A stretch of DNA of 64,000 bases from the human T2T-CHM13v2.0 reference genome, Homo sapiens. The notes beneath the pieces are model-generated. The model saw nothing but the letters and a program-made list of their open reading frames with translations, did no database searches and had not been told where the DNA came from. Every line of letters begins with the position of its first letter. The first letter of the stretch is position 1. Location of the stretch: NCBI RefSeq assembly GCF_009914755.1, contig NC_060943.1; one strand, written 5' to 3'. This document shows, in pieces, positions 42,619 through 60,955 of the stretch. Position numbers and translations under genes: made by a program.

Positions 42619-45202
42619 TTACACTCAACAAATTTGAAGTTTGAACGCTCTATGTATATTTGATAAAATTAGAGATTTAGTGTTAATTATTTTAGGTGTA
42701 ATAGCAGCATTTATTACATTTCTGATCGTGTTTCTGGGCAATTGCAGTTCCAGATTCAGCTGCACTTTTCCTCTAGGTCTTCATTCCCTGAAGAGGTTGA
42801 TATGGGCATCTGGTCTCATTCCTGATGCATTCCTCAGATCAGAGTAGTTGTCAGGGTGAGGGATGAGAAAGGCATTTGTGTGAGAGAACTGTGTGGACTT
42901 TGGCAGATAGGGAAAAAACAAGAGTCTTGAGGTGCCATGTGTCCCATGCCTTTGGCTCCCCGCCTTTTCCACCCTGCTGTCTGCCCTGAAAGGCCGCCAT
43001 TGCCTTCTGGCCTTGCTTGTCTTTGGCCAATGGGAAGTCTCAACAGGAAAGTTTGGAGAGAGGAAGAAGTGTGAGTTGGAGTATCTTGTCCCCCAGTTCT
43101 CTCTCTGCAGGATTGTCACAGATTAGCTGCCCTTCTAAACAACAGGTCATAGTTTAGGTGGCCCTGGCCACACAGTCCTCTTAGTTCCAGGCTCCAGGGA
43201 CTGCTCCCTCCCCTTACCTCTTAAGGCCCAGGTGTTATAATGGCACCTCCCTGTCACTTCCCAGGACAGAGCCTTATCCACTGTGACTTCCTTACCCCCA
43301 GCCAACACCATTGTAAGCCGTCTGTTTATTAAACTCCCCTCAAATTTCAATGTGCCATCTGGTTCGTGCCACGGCCCTGACTTGATACAGCAGGTAGTGT
43401 CTGAAGCCAGAAATTCAGGAAACCAAACCCCCAACCATATATATGTGAGTGCATGTGTGTAGATGTGTGCTTCAAAATAAACCTGTCCCATTATTGGCTC
43501 TTCAGTGAGAACAGGTACTGGAAGTAGAGGGTGAGTTTATGTCTTTGCACGTGCATCTAATGTATAATATCCAAGCCAATTCTATTTGTGCATTTGTTAA
43601 TATTGAGAAACATTGATTGAGTGCTTGTTAAATGATAAGATCCTTACCAAGTACAGTGGATAAAAGACTACAGCTTGGTTATTTTTTTTTTTTTTAGGAT
43701 TTGTAGTTTTTTGACAGGGGAAAGGAGGAGTGTTTTCTTGGTAGGTTTTAACTATTGTAAAATGATGTAATTCATGCTGTACTAATGAGTTGAACACTCC
43801 TTATTTTGGCCTTTGTTGGAGCCCAAAATAAGAAGTGATTAATGATGTCTCTTAAAGGTAGGAAAGGAGAGAAAAAGAGTCCAAGGATTTACTAAAAAGA
43901 CATTTCATATTCTATTAACCTGATTCTATAACCCTGTGAGCTGCAATTCAAAGGGTAGCCCACAGACCAGTGCCAATAAATGATATTGGTCTGTGACCAG
44001 ATAATTTGAGAACTTGAGTGTAGATGTTTAAAATTTTGTCTTATTGATTAACATAATAATAACAATCGGGCTTTAATTTGCTTACCTTCTTAATTTCCTT
44101 TTTCCAGTAATTTAAATTTAAATTGCATACCTTCTTAATTTTCTTTTTCCAGTAATTTCTTGTTACTGTATCTTACCAAAATATCAGTCTGTGACAGACT
44201 GAAAGTAACCGTAATAATAATTTAAAAACTAGTCCTTTATCACAGTTAGTGTGAGAAGCACTATCTGAGAAGACAGAAACTGGTTTTGGCCTTTTATTTT
44301 TTAATCTTCGGAGTTTCCACAGTGCCTAAAGTGGCAATTTTATACAGTAAGTTTCTCCACGAAGGCCAGAGGCAATTGTGTTTACAGAGTTTATCAGATG
44401 GAATCCCAAGAAAAAATAAACAGAACACTCAAATTGGGTAATTTGAGAAGAGCTTAATAAAGGGACAGTCTATAAAGTCGTAGGCAGGCTGTGGTAATCA
44501 ACAAAGGATACTGCAATATTTCAGAGCTAGTGATAGCAGGGTAAATTACTGGCTTTAGGACTGAAGGGCTAAGGGAGGAGGCAGTCACTAAAACCTGAAG
44601 AAAGATTTATGGGATGACAGCTGCCTGATGGAGGCCATGACCTTTGGTCAATGGATATGGAACATAGCCATTCCACAGCAACCTCTAGGGAAAAACCTGG
44701 GGGAATAAATATTCTGACTTCACTCTTGTCCCTTCCCTGGATCTCTTGCTGGCTTTCCCCATTGGCTGAACCCAACTGGAAGCTAATTGGCAAGGGAATC
44801 CACTGATATAAGCAGAACAGGAAGGGGCTTTAGTGTATATGAAGTGGCAAGCTTAGAAGGTCTCTGTCTACCCACTTTGGTCTACCTGCAGTCTGAGGAT
44901 ATTTATAGCTCAGTATACTGTGAGCATTTGCAGAGCAAAGAATGTGTCTTATATGTCATAGGTGTGTCATCAATACTTGCAAAAGCAGGGGATAGAATGG
45001 GTGCTGGAGAGAGAGTTTAGGAAGACAAGAGTCAAGGTGTAGATGTTTAAAAATTTGTATTATTGATTAACATAATAATAAAAATCGGGATTTAATTTGT
45101 ATGTCTTGGCTAACTACAAGTCCTTCAGACCACAGGCCTGGCCATACAAGATTAAGTCTTGCAAATGAAAGTGGAAATAGCAGAAGGTCGCTGTCATCCT
45201 GA

Positions 45203-45508
<306 letters not shown>

Positions 45509-46329
45509 CCTGAGATTGCTCTCTTAATCAGCAATTCCAGAGCCTCTTTTCCAGCGGAATTCAGATGTAGACTATGTCAGTTCATTCACAAGTCTGAGAA
45601 ATGGAAAACAATGTGCAGGTTTTGACCCAAAAGCTTGAGGAGAGAGACAGGAGTTACACAGTGGTCTGAGATTGAGGGACTGGGTTCGAATCGAGGGAAG
45701 TCTTGAGGAGGTGGGAGTTCAGTCTGTTCAGAGTGAGAAGAGATGATATCTAGGGAGAGGAGAAAGTGTGAGAAACTTGTACAGATAAGGAAGGAACCAA
45801 TGTTCATTCACAACTTGTTGGATCCATGATCTCATGGATTCTTTCTTCTTTGCAGTTCTGCTTTTCCAGAATTCTGCCCTTTCCAAAAGGAAGACGGTAT
45901 GATTAAGTTCCAGGTAAGTTAAGGGTTTCTTTCACTTTAAATATACTGTTCATTCTGAGGAACCAGACACTTCTGTTTTCTGAAAGAAGGTCAGCATTTT
46001 TTGAGTGACTACTATGTATTAGGTACTTTATCTGCTCATAATGACTTTGTGAGGCAGGTGATATGACTCCCTTTATAGAAGTGAAGAAACAAACTCACAG
46101 ATTTCAAGATGTCTACTTTGGTGCTACTCTAAGTGTAGTTCATGTATCAGTACCAGTCCATGAACTCCTTGTCACTGCCCCATGAGGGAAAAAGAATCAA
46201 AAGTAAGTTCAGAAACTTTTATAGCAATTTGGTGTTGCCGCAGCATCCGAGTGCATGGGCAGCATATACATGACCATACTCTAAATGTCACTGGTCTACT
46301 TCGATAAGTAGCAAGATTTGAATGAGTAT

Positions 46330-46738
46330 GTATTGGTCAGAGTTCAACCAGCAAGACAGACCAATAGGAGATATATTTTAAAAGATTTATTGTAAGGAAT
46401 TGGCTTATATGATTATGGGGGCTAACTAGGCAAGTCCAAAATCCATAGGGCAGCCCCTCAGGAAGGGTGGGCTGGAACTCCTGGACACAGACTGAAGCTA
46501 CTGTCTGTGGGTGGAATTTCTCCCCCTCCCAGGGAAGCCTCAGTTCTGCTCATAAGACCTTTCAGTTTATTGAATCAGACATACTCAGATTAGTTAGAAT
46601 AATCTCCCTTAAAGTCAACTGATTATGGACTTTAATCACATCTACAAATTATCTTCATAGCAATACCTAGATTAGTGTTTGATTCAATAACTGAGGACTG
46701 TAGCTTAGCCAAATTGACACATTAAAAAGACCATCACA
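46330..46738. mobile_element. MLT2-like (ERVL) LTR
   Basis: tgtattggtcagagttc...gatttattgtaaggaattggct...gccaaattgacacattaaaa...ccatcaca. Confidence 0.7.
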
Positions 46739-49328
46739 GTGTGGCAGAAGGATTTTCTTTTAATCATGAAAAATTTAATGATGAAAATACACAAAAAAGG
46801 GCAAAGGGTCTTATGATCCTCCATTTGCAGTACCCATCATGCAGTTTCAACAATTAACTTTTTGCCAAAGAGATTTGCTTAATCTCTGTTTCAGTATTTT
46901 TCTTTCCCAAAGTATTTGAAAGAGGCATGGTATTTTACACTGTATTGGTTTTTCTCTGAGCATATCACTTTTGTATAGTACCTTATTATATATGCAACTA
47001 AAATGAATGAGCTCACACTTTTATCCTTCTGCCTGGAAACCATCTTGCCCAAGTCCAAGATTCATTAGGTACATTTTCTATCTTCTAAATTACAGCAACA
47101 GTTCACCAAATGTTCACCACTGCATCACCCAGGTCACCATTTTTCCAGCCTCCTGTAACAGTGTCCTCAATGGTTTTGGCCTGGACCTAAAGCCAATGCC
47201 ATGAATATTTGGTAGCACTCTGCTGGTTTTGGTTAGCTTGGGTATGTCCTCATAGCAAAGACAGAGGGGCAAGAGAGCAAGTGGGCATGTGAGATTTCTC
47301 AAGGCCCAGGCTTAGATCTGGCACATTATCACTTTTGCTTCATTTTGGTAGCCAGAGCAGGTTACATTGCCAAGTCAAAACTAAAGAGGTAAGGAAACAC
47401 ACTCTGGTCCTTTAGTGGGATTGGAGAGCATGGAAGAGGATATTTCTAAATAGCAATCTAATTTAACACACTCTCTATGTATTTCAGTATATATTTCCTT
47501 AAAAATGGACTAATGAGATAATCAATAATTATTTGGTATTATCTAATACCCAGACAATAATCAAATTTCCCTGATTATCTCAAAAAAATTTTGACAGTTG
47601 CTTTGTTCAAATGGGATCTTAACAAGGTCTATACTATCATATAGTTGGTTGTTGTATCTCATAATGTCTTTTAATCTAGAGAAATCTGCCCATCTACTTT
47701 ATTCTCTCCTGCTGTTGACTTGTCGTAGAAACCAAGTTTGGTGTCCTGTGTTCTTTCCTACATTTGGAATGCATTTGTTTGCTTCCTTTTGGTGTCTTTC
47801 AGTGTGTTACTCTATCCACAGTATTTTTTGTAAGTGGAAGCACCAGATGCTTGAATAGATTCAGGTTCAAGGTTTTACAAGAATATTTCATAGATGGTTT
47901 TACAAGAATACTTCACAAAGGAAAAGATTTAAAGATGTTTTGCATGTATTTATTGGTTTATAAATTTGGTTTCTTAATATTTGGGGGCTGTCCTTGTACC
48001 TGCATCCTATGGCATTCCCTGCCTAGGATTCCTACCACCCCAAGTAGGCTTCAGGGTATCTGTATTTCCTGAATGATTAATTCCAATTCAATTTTGTTGC
48101 CTCCCACAGAAGAAGGATACAGTAGTGTTACTGACAGAGCAGTGCTATTAGGACAACTGTGCTGACTCCCCTAGATTTTGTTTTTAATCATTGTCAGATT
48201 TTGGTAATTGGACAATTGTTAGTAACATATTCTTTTTGAAGTCCTTTATAACTGCTTACAACTTTCGTTTGAAAGCTCTGCTTTATTTAGAGATGCAGAA
48301 TCTATTGAGAGAACATATCTGTAAATACTCGACTCTGAGCAGTGTGACATATGCAGTGATAGAAATATTTTATGTAAAAATTGGTGTCTTGATTAGGAGA
48401 TGGTTATTAATATCAGATTATTCCCCGCATCCTTTTATTTTAAGAAATTTCAATTTATCGAGAAAATGAAAGAATAGCATAATGTGTAATCTTCACTTAG
48501 ATTCACCAATTGTTAACAATCACCACAAACATATGCATAATATGTGTATATACACACACATATCTATATTTTATTTTGATGACCCAGTTGGGATAAATTG
48601 CAGACATCATTATAATTCATCCCTAAATATGTCAGTTTATATCTCCTAAGAATAAGAGCATTTTCCTACATTTCCACATTACTGCTAACATACTCAGGAA
48701 ATTTCACATTGATACCATTATTTTTTAAAAGTTGATATCCAAATGTTCTAAATTATCCTAATAATCTCCCTCTTCCCTTTTCTGTTTTTTGAATCTAGGA
48801 GCCAATGCTTTAAGTTACCCTGTCTTCTTACTTTCCTTTAACATGATAAAAATAGATTAATCTGCCATGAAAAAGTGAAAATACCAAACCTTGGTGTGTG
48901 ATGGGAAATGAACTCATGAAACACTACTGGACTTATGTATCAGCACAACACCTTAGTATAGATTTATCTGCGCCTGTGTCCTGGGCCATATTTTATAATT
49001 TGATTAATATTGTCCTTTGGGAATCCCTGATTCAATAGGATTAGTATCCTTATGAAAAGAGACTCAACAGAGCTTGCTCTCATTCTCCCTCTGCCATGTA
49101 AGGACACAGTGAGAGGACAGCTGTCTACAAGCCAAGAGAAGAAACCTGAATGAAACCTATCTTGGTGGTACTTGATCTTAGACTTTCCAATCTCCAGAAC
49201 TGTGAGAAATAAGTTTCTTTTGTTTGTTTAATCTAACCCAGACTATGGTATTTTATTAAGGCAGCCCAAACAGACTAAGACCAGTCATTTGTGTGGATGA
49301 TTGATGTGGCATGTGGTTGATGTTTTAG

Positions 49329-49460
<132 letters not shown>

Positions 49461-50059
49461 TAACTGAGCATCAGACCACTGGACCTGTTTCCTCAAATCA
49501 TCATTTCAAGCCAGATAGAATATTCCAGTTAGACCACAAAGAGAAACTTTGACCACTGGAGAGAAAAATCCTAAGAGCTGCATGCACAAGTTAGGACCCT
49601 GCAGTTAATGAGCTTTTACAGATCATTGTGAGGATGTGGCTCCTTGTGATGGGTTTGTGAGGGAGCTCTCCCCAAATCTTCCACCCCTGGCCTGTGGGCA
49701 TTCATTGCAGGAAGTAAGCCCTTCCTCCCCTACTCACATATTTAGGCTCTCATTCTTTCCTCATATTTCTCAGAATGAGACTGATAAAATTCACACACCA
49801 CCAAGGACCTTGATCTATTTGTTGCTTCTGGAGAAAAGTCAATGTTTATCCAATGTTCTGGATAAACCAGTGTTAATGGAATCATGGGAGAACTTTGATT
49901 TTGTTGGAAGTTACAACAGCCAACACTTATGGGTATATAGTAAGTGTAATCTAAGTGTTGGCTTATTTGATTACTTTTTGATAAATATCCAACCTCATTT
50001 TCATTTCTCAAAGTTTCATGTACAGTTAGGTATTACCTAAGTTTAGTTTATAAGATAGT

Positions 50060-51490
50060 GATATGGTTTGGCTGTGTCCCTACCAAAGTCTCATCTTGAA
50101 CTGTAGTTCCCATAATTCCCATAGGTTGTGGGAGGGGCCTGATAGGAGGTAACTGAATCATGGAGGGGGGTCTTTCTCGTGCTGTTCTCATGATAGTGAA
50201 TAAGTCTCATGAGATCTGATGGTTTTATAAATGGGTGTTCTGCACAAGATTTCTCTTTGCCTGCCACCATGTAAAACGTCCCTTTGCTCTTCCTTTGCCT
50301 TCCACCATGATTGTGAGGCCTCCCCAGCCATATGGAACTGTAAGTCAATTAAGCCTCTTTCATTTATAAATTACCCAATCTCAGGTATGTCTTTATTAGC
50401 AACGTGAGAACAGACTAATACAGATAGTTGATGTTATTATCCCCCTTTTATGGATGTATTACTCTGTTTTCACACTGCTGATAAAGACATATCCAAGACT
50501 GGGCAATTTACAAAATATGAAGGTTTAACGGACTTACAGTTCCACGTGGCTGGAGATGACTCACAATGATAGCGGAGGTGAAAGGCACGTCTCACATGGT
50601 GGCAGACAAGAGAAGAGAGCTTGTGCAGGGAAACTCCCCTTTCTAAAACCATCAGATCTCATGAGACTCATTCACTGTCATGAGAACAACACAGGAAAGA
50701 CCCACCCCCATAATTCAGTCACTTCCCACTGGGTTCCACCCATGACACATGGGAATTGTGGGAGTTACAATTCAAGATGAGATTTGGGTGGAGACACAGC
50801 CAAACCATATCATCCGCCCCAGACCCTCCCAAATCTCATGCCCTCACATTTCAAAACCAATCATGCCTCCCAACAGTCCCCCAAAGTTTTAACTCAGTTC
50901 AGCATTAACTCAAAAGTCCACAGTCCAGTGTCTCAACTGAGACAAGCCAAGTCTCTTCCACCTATGAACCTGTAAAATCAAAAGCAAGGTAGTTACTTCC
51001 TAGCTACAGTGCAGGTACAGGCATTGTGTAAATACAGCTGTTCCAAATGGGAGAAATTGGCCAAAACAAATGGGCTACAGGCCCCATGCAAGTCTGAAAT
51101 CCAGCAGGGCAGTCAAATCTTAAAGCTCAAAAATGATCTCCTTTGACTCCATGTCTTGCATCCTGATCACGCTGATGTTGGGTTTCCATGGTCTTGGGCA
51201 GCTCCGCCCCTGTGGCTCTGCAGAGTATAACCTCCCTTCTGGCTGCTTTCATGGGCTGCTGTTGAGTGTCTGTGGCTTTTCCAGGCACATGGTGCAAGCT
51301 GTCGGTGGATCTAGCATTCTGGGGTCTGAAGGACAGTGGCCCTCTTCTCACAGCTCCACTAGGCAGTGCCCTGGTAGGCACTGTGTGTGGGGGCTCTGAC
51401 ATGTGGGAATTATGAGACACAACACATAGGAATTATGGGAGTTACAATTCGAGAAGAGATTTGGGTAGGGACACAGCCAAGCCATATCAA
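50060..51490. mobile_element. MaLR cluster: MST/THE1 LTR (50060-50422) and an oppositely oriented LTR with internal sequence (50456-51490)
   Basis: LTR terminal motifs tgatatggtttggctgtgtccc and cagccaaaccatatca; MaLR-internal sequence at 50810-51400. Confidence 0.75.
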
Positions 51491-52762
51491 TGGATGAAAC
51501 AACTGAGTCACAGAATTAATAACTTGCCCACAATCACACAGCTTATAAGAAGAACTAGGATTTGAACCCTCCTAATCTGGTCCTAGGTCCTGTGATTTTA
51601 ATAAATAACCTCATGAAACCAAAGCGTAAACTGTAGACACAGGACCTTTTGCATAAATCTGCATATCTCTGCAGTTGTTTCTCAAACTGCAGGATAAAAC
51701 CCTCTTGGTGAGTCCTGAAATCAAATTACTGTGTCATAACTAGCAATTTTTAAAAAGCAAAATAGATTAATAGAACAGAAAACAAAAGAATTTATCAAAG
51801 TACATTGCACACAGTATGTAACTATCAGCTGAGCAAGTTTTAGTGAGCAGTCTGTGTTGATGTTTGTGCCTATTCCTACTGAGTCACAATGCTGATTTTA
51901 CTGTGGGTTACAATCAAAACAATTGGGAAACCACTGCTTAAACCCTATTCAGGGCAGCTCGTGGTCTCCCTTTCCCTGATACTATCTTATAAACTAAAGT
52001 CACTTTCAATAAAACAACCCAGAAAGGACCTTGAACCAGAAGCAGTATCCAGTGGGACTTGACCATGATATTCATGCCATTTTGAAACCCATCTTAGGAT
52101 CCCAAGAATATGATCGTCCTCTTCTGCCTCAGCCCCCTGTTTGTTATATACCACAGTCTTGCTTCCCTGGGTGCCAGGCCATTGACAGTGCCACAGTATC
52201 TGTTCCCCATTTTCATAGTCATGGCTGTCTGAGATTCTGCAACAACTTAAAAGGGCAGAACTTAAGGAAATGGATTGTAGGATCTGAGTGGTCTCTATCT
52301 TTTCATGAAGACAAAGAACCTCGGGGAAAATAAAAAGGATGTCTCTTAAAGCTTGTCTCAGAGGTTTACATACGCATCCCCGCACAACGCCAGGACCATA
52401 TTTCACAATGTTTACCCCATTTCAATCCCCATTGCCTTTTTATCCCCATCCCCTTAAGGCTCATCATGTACAGTTGTGCAGGTTGTACACAAACATACAT
52501 GATAGTCCTCCATATGACAGTGATGTGAAGGAAGGGAAGCCATCAGGAGATAGGACTTGTTGCTTGTTTCTGAAACCTCTTGTGACCCTTTGTGTCCCTT
52601 ACTCTGCCCAACATATAAAAAACACTCCATCAATATGTATTATTTATATACACACACACACTACATAAAATGGGAGCCTTTCCCATACCTTTTGTAGCAA
52701 GATTATTAAAGGCTTTTTATCGACTACTCTTATAGCAGGGAGGTGAATTTCTTCCTTCATAA

Positions 52763-53134
<372 letters not shown>

Positions 53135-54198
53135 TAGAATTACCGTGGCTCTAATTGTTTCATATGTCAATAGAAGCCAGGGACAACTTCCCACCCCATC
53201 ATATTTCGTTTTCTCAAAACCTCTGGACAGATGATTGACTTGGTCTCTTAGCCACATTCTCTTTCTTCTCATAAGAGATGGGATTAAAAACAACATTTTG
53301 AATCTTCAGGAAAAGGGGTTGAATTACCTTTTACAAGAAGTGCTTCATTGCTGGCAGATTTCGAAACAAAGGATCCAGGATTTAACTGGGAGTCAGGATT
53401 ATATCATGAACCTTCAAGAAGAGTGTTCCCCACATTTAAAAATGTTTCCCTCTGTGAAGAGTGAGCAGGCAAGTCTCTTCAGATTTCTGAAAATGAAAAC
53501 TATGTAGCAAATGCCATTATCAAAAATCAGGATATCACAGCATGGCAAAGCCTGACACAGGTTCTTACCCCAGAATCGTGGAGGAAAGCCAACATAATGA
53601 CCGAGCCCCAGAACTCTCAGGGAAGATATAAGGGAATTTACATGGAAGAGAAATTGTACAGACGTGCTCAGCATGATGACAGCCTCAACTGGACCTCACA
53701 TGATCATCATGAGTCCCAAGAATGTAAAGGAGAGGACCCTGGTAGACATCCCAACTGCAGGAAAAACTTTGGTATGAAATCAACAGTTGAACAACATAAT
53801 GCAGTCCATGTATTACCACAGCCTTTCACATGTAATAACTGTGGGGTGCCCTTTGCAGATGATACAGATCCTCATGTCCATCACAGCACTCACCTAGGAG
53901 AAAAATCTTATAAATGTGACCAGTATGGAAAGAACTTTAGTCAGAGCCAAGATCTTATCGTTCATTGTAAAACTCACTCTGGCGAGACTCCCTATGAATT
54001 CCACGAATGGCCTATGGGCTGCAAACAGAGCTCAGACCTTCCCAGATATCAGAAAGTCCCTTCAGGAAACAAACCCTACAAATGTAAAGAATGTGGCAAG
54101 GGCTTCAGGTGCAACTCCTTCCTTTATAACCATCATGGAGTCCACACAAGGGAGATGCCCTACAAATGTGATGCATGTGGGAAAGGGTTTGGATTTAG

Positions 54199-54898
<700 letters not shown>

Positions 54899-54989
54899 TA
54901 AAGGTAGTAAGTCAGGGTTCAATTAGGAAAACAGAAGCCACACTGTATTCCAGATGATAGAGGCTAACTCAGCCTTTGGGAGGGCTGGG

Positions 54990-56090
54990 GGAGCAAAAGA
55001 CAGGGACGCTGCCATCGATGATGTCAGCATGACAGGCTGGGGGTTCGCGCTGGCACAGGCGCCGGCAGCCACATCGGCAGGCAGGAGGGTCCCGCTGCAC
55101 AGCTGAGGGGTGATGATTGCCTGGGTGGTGATGTCGGCCATTAGACGCGCCTCTTCTGCCGGCAAGTGTGTGGCAGTATGAAGTAGAAGGACAAGCCTGT
55201 ATTTGAGGCTGGAATGCGGAAGGGGCTCTTCTGCGGCTAGGTGTGGGACCCTGAGCAGGAATGTGGAGAAATGGGCAGGTAAATGCATCACGTTGGCCAG
55301 GAGATTTGCAAGGACTTACAGCTGAATGATGATAATGGGGAGTGACTGTGAGGCCCTGGGAGTCTCTGAGTGTAAAGGAAGATAGGTGTGGGGCCCCCAG
55401 GGAGTATGTGGGAGCCATTGCTGTGTAGGTGGAGGTAGTTGGGGAATAATCTGGTGAGCTCTGTGAATTTCTAGGGTTCTCCTGAATGCTGAGGGGTGAC
55501 TCTTGCAGAAAACTGAGGATGCTTGGAGAATAGCTGGGAGACACAGATGAGGCCCTAAGGAATGGTGGTATAGAGGTGACAGAGATAAGGGAGGAGCACA
55601 GTGAGGTCTATGAGTTTCTGGGTGACTCCTGTGTGTTCGGGGCTGACCCAAGGAGAAATCTGGGGATGGTTGGAGAGGAGCTGGGAGACACAGGAGAGTC
55701 CCTGAGGGTTGCAGGTGAAGAGATGGGAGACGTGATAGAAGAGGGCCCTGAGATTTTTGTCTATAGGTGATACTTGGGTTTGGGAAGCTGAATGTTGCAG
55801 TAAGCTGGGGATTGAGAGAATCTGGGAGACACAGGAGAGTACCTGAGGGCCTGGAGTAAAGAGTTGGGAGACATGGGGCCAGAGCCCTGTGAGGTCCCTG
55901 AGTTTCTGGTTGTTACATGGGTGTCAGGGCCTGACTGTTACAGAAATCTAGGAATGATTGGAGAGTAATTGGGAGACATGAGACTCCCTGAGGGCTGGTG
56001 GTGAAGAGATGGGAGACATAGGGGAGGATCCCGTGAGGTCTATGAGTGTCTCTGTAATTCCTGGGTGTGGCAGGCAGACTGTCACTGAAT
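54990..56090 (-). pseudogene. Copy C of the 147-bp-repeat Ser/Pro-rich gene, diverged, tail-to-tail with ZNF285B
   Basis: ORF 54969-55544 (SPSYSPSI...QRDAFTCPF...GRHHHPG) is homologous to copies A and B; degenerate 147-bp units extend to ~56090. Confidence 0.75.
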
Positions 56091-58074
56091 ATGAAGAATG
56101 TTCATGGCTTATATATTTTTTATTTTTACTTTATTTTCTAGGTCTCATCATAGCTCATATATAACACTCAAAACATCATTAAACCATCTAATCTAATATT
56201 CGACCATATCATTTCTTTCTTTACACGACTTGTGAGATAAGTAAGATATCAGTTAAAATTTTCATTTCAGCATCTGTTTTTCTCATATCCCCTTTGTGCT
56301 TCTTAAAGATGGTTAAAATAGGACAGACAGACTTGGAACTTTGTTCAACTGTCTTAGGAAAAGACCATTGCAGGGGCACAGTCTTTCAACCCCACTGGCC
56401 ATGTAAGACTAGGCCTGGAGCCTGGAACACATCCTTCCCAAGAGATACTGAACCTCTTTCAGACTCATTGAGGGTTCTTCAAAGTGTGGGTCAGTGGTCC
56501 CCAAGGGATGCCCGCAGCTTTCAGTATTTCACACTCCATGAAAACATCAGCAACTGTTTTCCCAGACCTGACACTGCCAGGTGTGCAACAATCTCTGGAT
56601 TAATCCTCATAGAGATGGCTCCACTTAGGGTCATCTCATAGGGATAGAATTTTGCTAAGGATAACCCCATCAGTTACCCTTTAAGTTTTCTTTCCTATCC
56701 CAAGGGTATTAACCTCTATTATCTGGTCTCTCAGTTCAACTTTCAGCTTATTACCTTTCTGGGATCAGAGGCTTCAATATATGGTCATCCACAGGATTCA
56801 AATTCATGATTCAAGGGAAAGGTCAGAAAGACATGTTAATCAAATCTTAAATATCAAAGAGTAACTAAAACTTTGCCTCATGAAAGCATTTTTGCAAGTA
56901 TAATTTAGACGGTCAGCACTGAGCCAGGGAAGCACCCTTCTATTCAGAGGACTCTCACATCAGGGAACATATCCCAGAGGAAAGAGACAATGCTACATGA
57001 GGGGAAGAACTAAAACATGAAAATAGAGTTCCTTAATATTGCTTTGCATATATGAAAATAAGCCCACTTGCCCTCTATACTTCCCACGCATTCTCAGTTC
57101 TTCATATGAAACCATTTCTGGCCAAAATTTCTAGTTACCTATTTCCAGGAATCCATTTTATTTTCAATGAGGAATGTTCCTAGGAATCTGTGTCCTAAGT
57201 AGTAATCTGCTCATGCTATTCCAAACATAAACCTCATTATCCTGAGGGATCTTTGCTATTTGGTTGCTTAGTCTTTCCTAAATAGTCAAAGAAGGAAATC
57301 TTTGTATTTCATTTTTGGCTTTGAATAATTTTTACTCATTATATCATTTATCATAGCATAACAGCGTACATTCCAAAAAGGAAGGCCCAACATAAACTGA
57401 GAAATTGAATAGATACATCCATAATCCCTTTCTATTCTAATCCATACACAAATATTTTATCATAATGGTTTTAGAAGTGAATATTATTTCTATATTCTTT
57501 TCCCACACTTTTCACTATATATCATAGACACTTTCCTAAAATTTATAAAATCTTCACATGTAACAACAGCAAGTGCTGTAAGGAACAGATTACAAGCTAT
57601 CTAATTGGAAGATCATGTAGTAAAATGATGCACTAAAATATGGTTTTCCAGCCTAAGTTCTAAACACTACAGCAACCTTTAAATTTTCTCAATAAGCCCA
57701 CTAGTGTTAGCATTCCATTTACTCTTTATGGAAAAAGAGGTCTAACACTGGCAGTTGGCTTTGGCATATGATTTTCTCTGATTCAGGTCTGAGTGCTTTC
57801 TGCAAGGAAAAGTGCCAGTATTTATTATTTTCATAGGAATATGTCATAAGAATCAAGTTTAACATTGTATATGGAATTGCCAGGTTGAAAAGTCGTTCAT
57901 AGACTTTCCCCCTTTCTTTTCCAGAACAAATTTGAGACACACAATTAACAGAGGGCTGGAAGTTTTCCCACATATATTGTTTTTATAGTAGTTCTTCCAA
58001 CTACATGTACTACCTTAAAATAAATTTTTTAAAAGAATGAAATAAAAAGGAAGAAATCCCAGCTGATTTACAAA

Positions 58075-59844
<1,770 letters not shown>

Positions 59845-60955
59845 TTAGTCAAAAAATATTAGAGATGGAAAAATGGAATAAAGCTAACAAGAAAGTATGA
59901 AAAATATATATGAATTTGTTTTCAAATACTGACCGATAACCTAGGTTGAAAAAGCAAAAGGGTGAGATAAAGTATTAAGTACAGAACTACCACAGCCCAA
60001 TATTACAACAGAGCATTAAAATGGAACTATTGTAATCTTGGTTTAATCTTAGTCTGAATAAATAAGACTCTGGATGTCAAATACCTGCATATTCCAAAAT
60101 AAGATCATCTACATAGAACCTACAGAATTGCAACCCAATTTTGCAATATGTATAGAGAGTCTTTTCCACTCTTTAGTGCTACACAGATGTTCACTAAGAG
60201 ATTAGTGTCTACATATCCAGGAATTTCTGAAGGCATAAAACTTGCTAAATACTCTACTCTGTGTCAGTGAGGCATGAGGAAACTATGTTTGTGAACAAAA
60301 GAAAAGGAATGGGGCATTATTATCCAGTTCCCTAACTACCTTAGGAACCAATAAAGCCCCACAAATTTCTGTGATTCCAACTGAGAGAGACTAGAAGTTT
60401 GCTCCTAGTAGCCTGGGTGGCTACTAGGTCAAGCAATAGAGAGTATATATGGAAAAAGTAGTCATGTATACAGTCCACCAGGAGGTGGGAAATGAAGAAA
60501 AAATGTGGCATCTTCTATGCGGATTTTTTCAAATGGACCTTCTACACCTGTAATGACCCCTATGTGTCTGGTTCTCACTTGAACACATGTATTGGAAAAT
60601 TCTTTTTATATTCTTTCCCTTGCTCCAACTAGGAGATTGTATCTGCTTCAAAAAGCTGACAAGGAAAGATACAGGAATTTGAGTTTTCAAAGCTGGGGAC
60701 AAAAGAAAATTACTGCAGAATCTGGTCCTGGCCTTTGGTCTTTAGGAACATGAAGACTGAAAATCTCAAGCCCAAGAATCTGCACTATTTCTACCCTACA
60801 AACTAAAATTAATCTTCACTGGGGAATAAAGAGCACAAACACAATCTAGATGCAGCCAAAATCATTCTGGCTGCTGAATTTCACAGTTCTTAATCGATCA
60901 GAATGTGAAATCATTTCAGTAGATGGATCTTCATTAAAGAGGAGTGTATTCTTAC

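Noticed and set aside
51987-52406. 139-aa ORF as a possible processed pseudogene
   Set aside because: No recognisable homology, poly-A tail or TSD.
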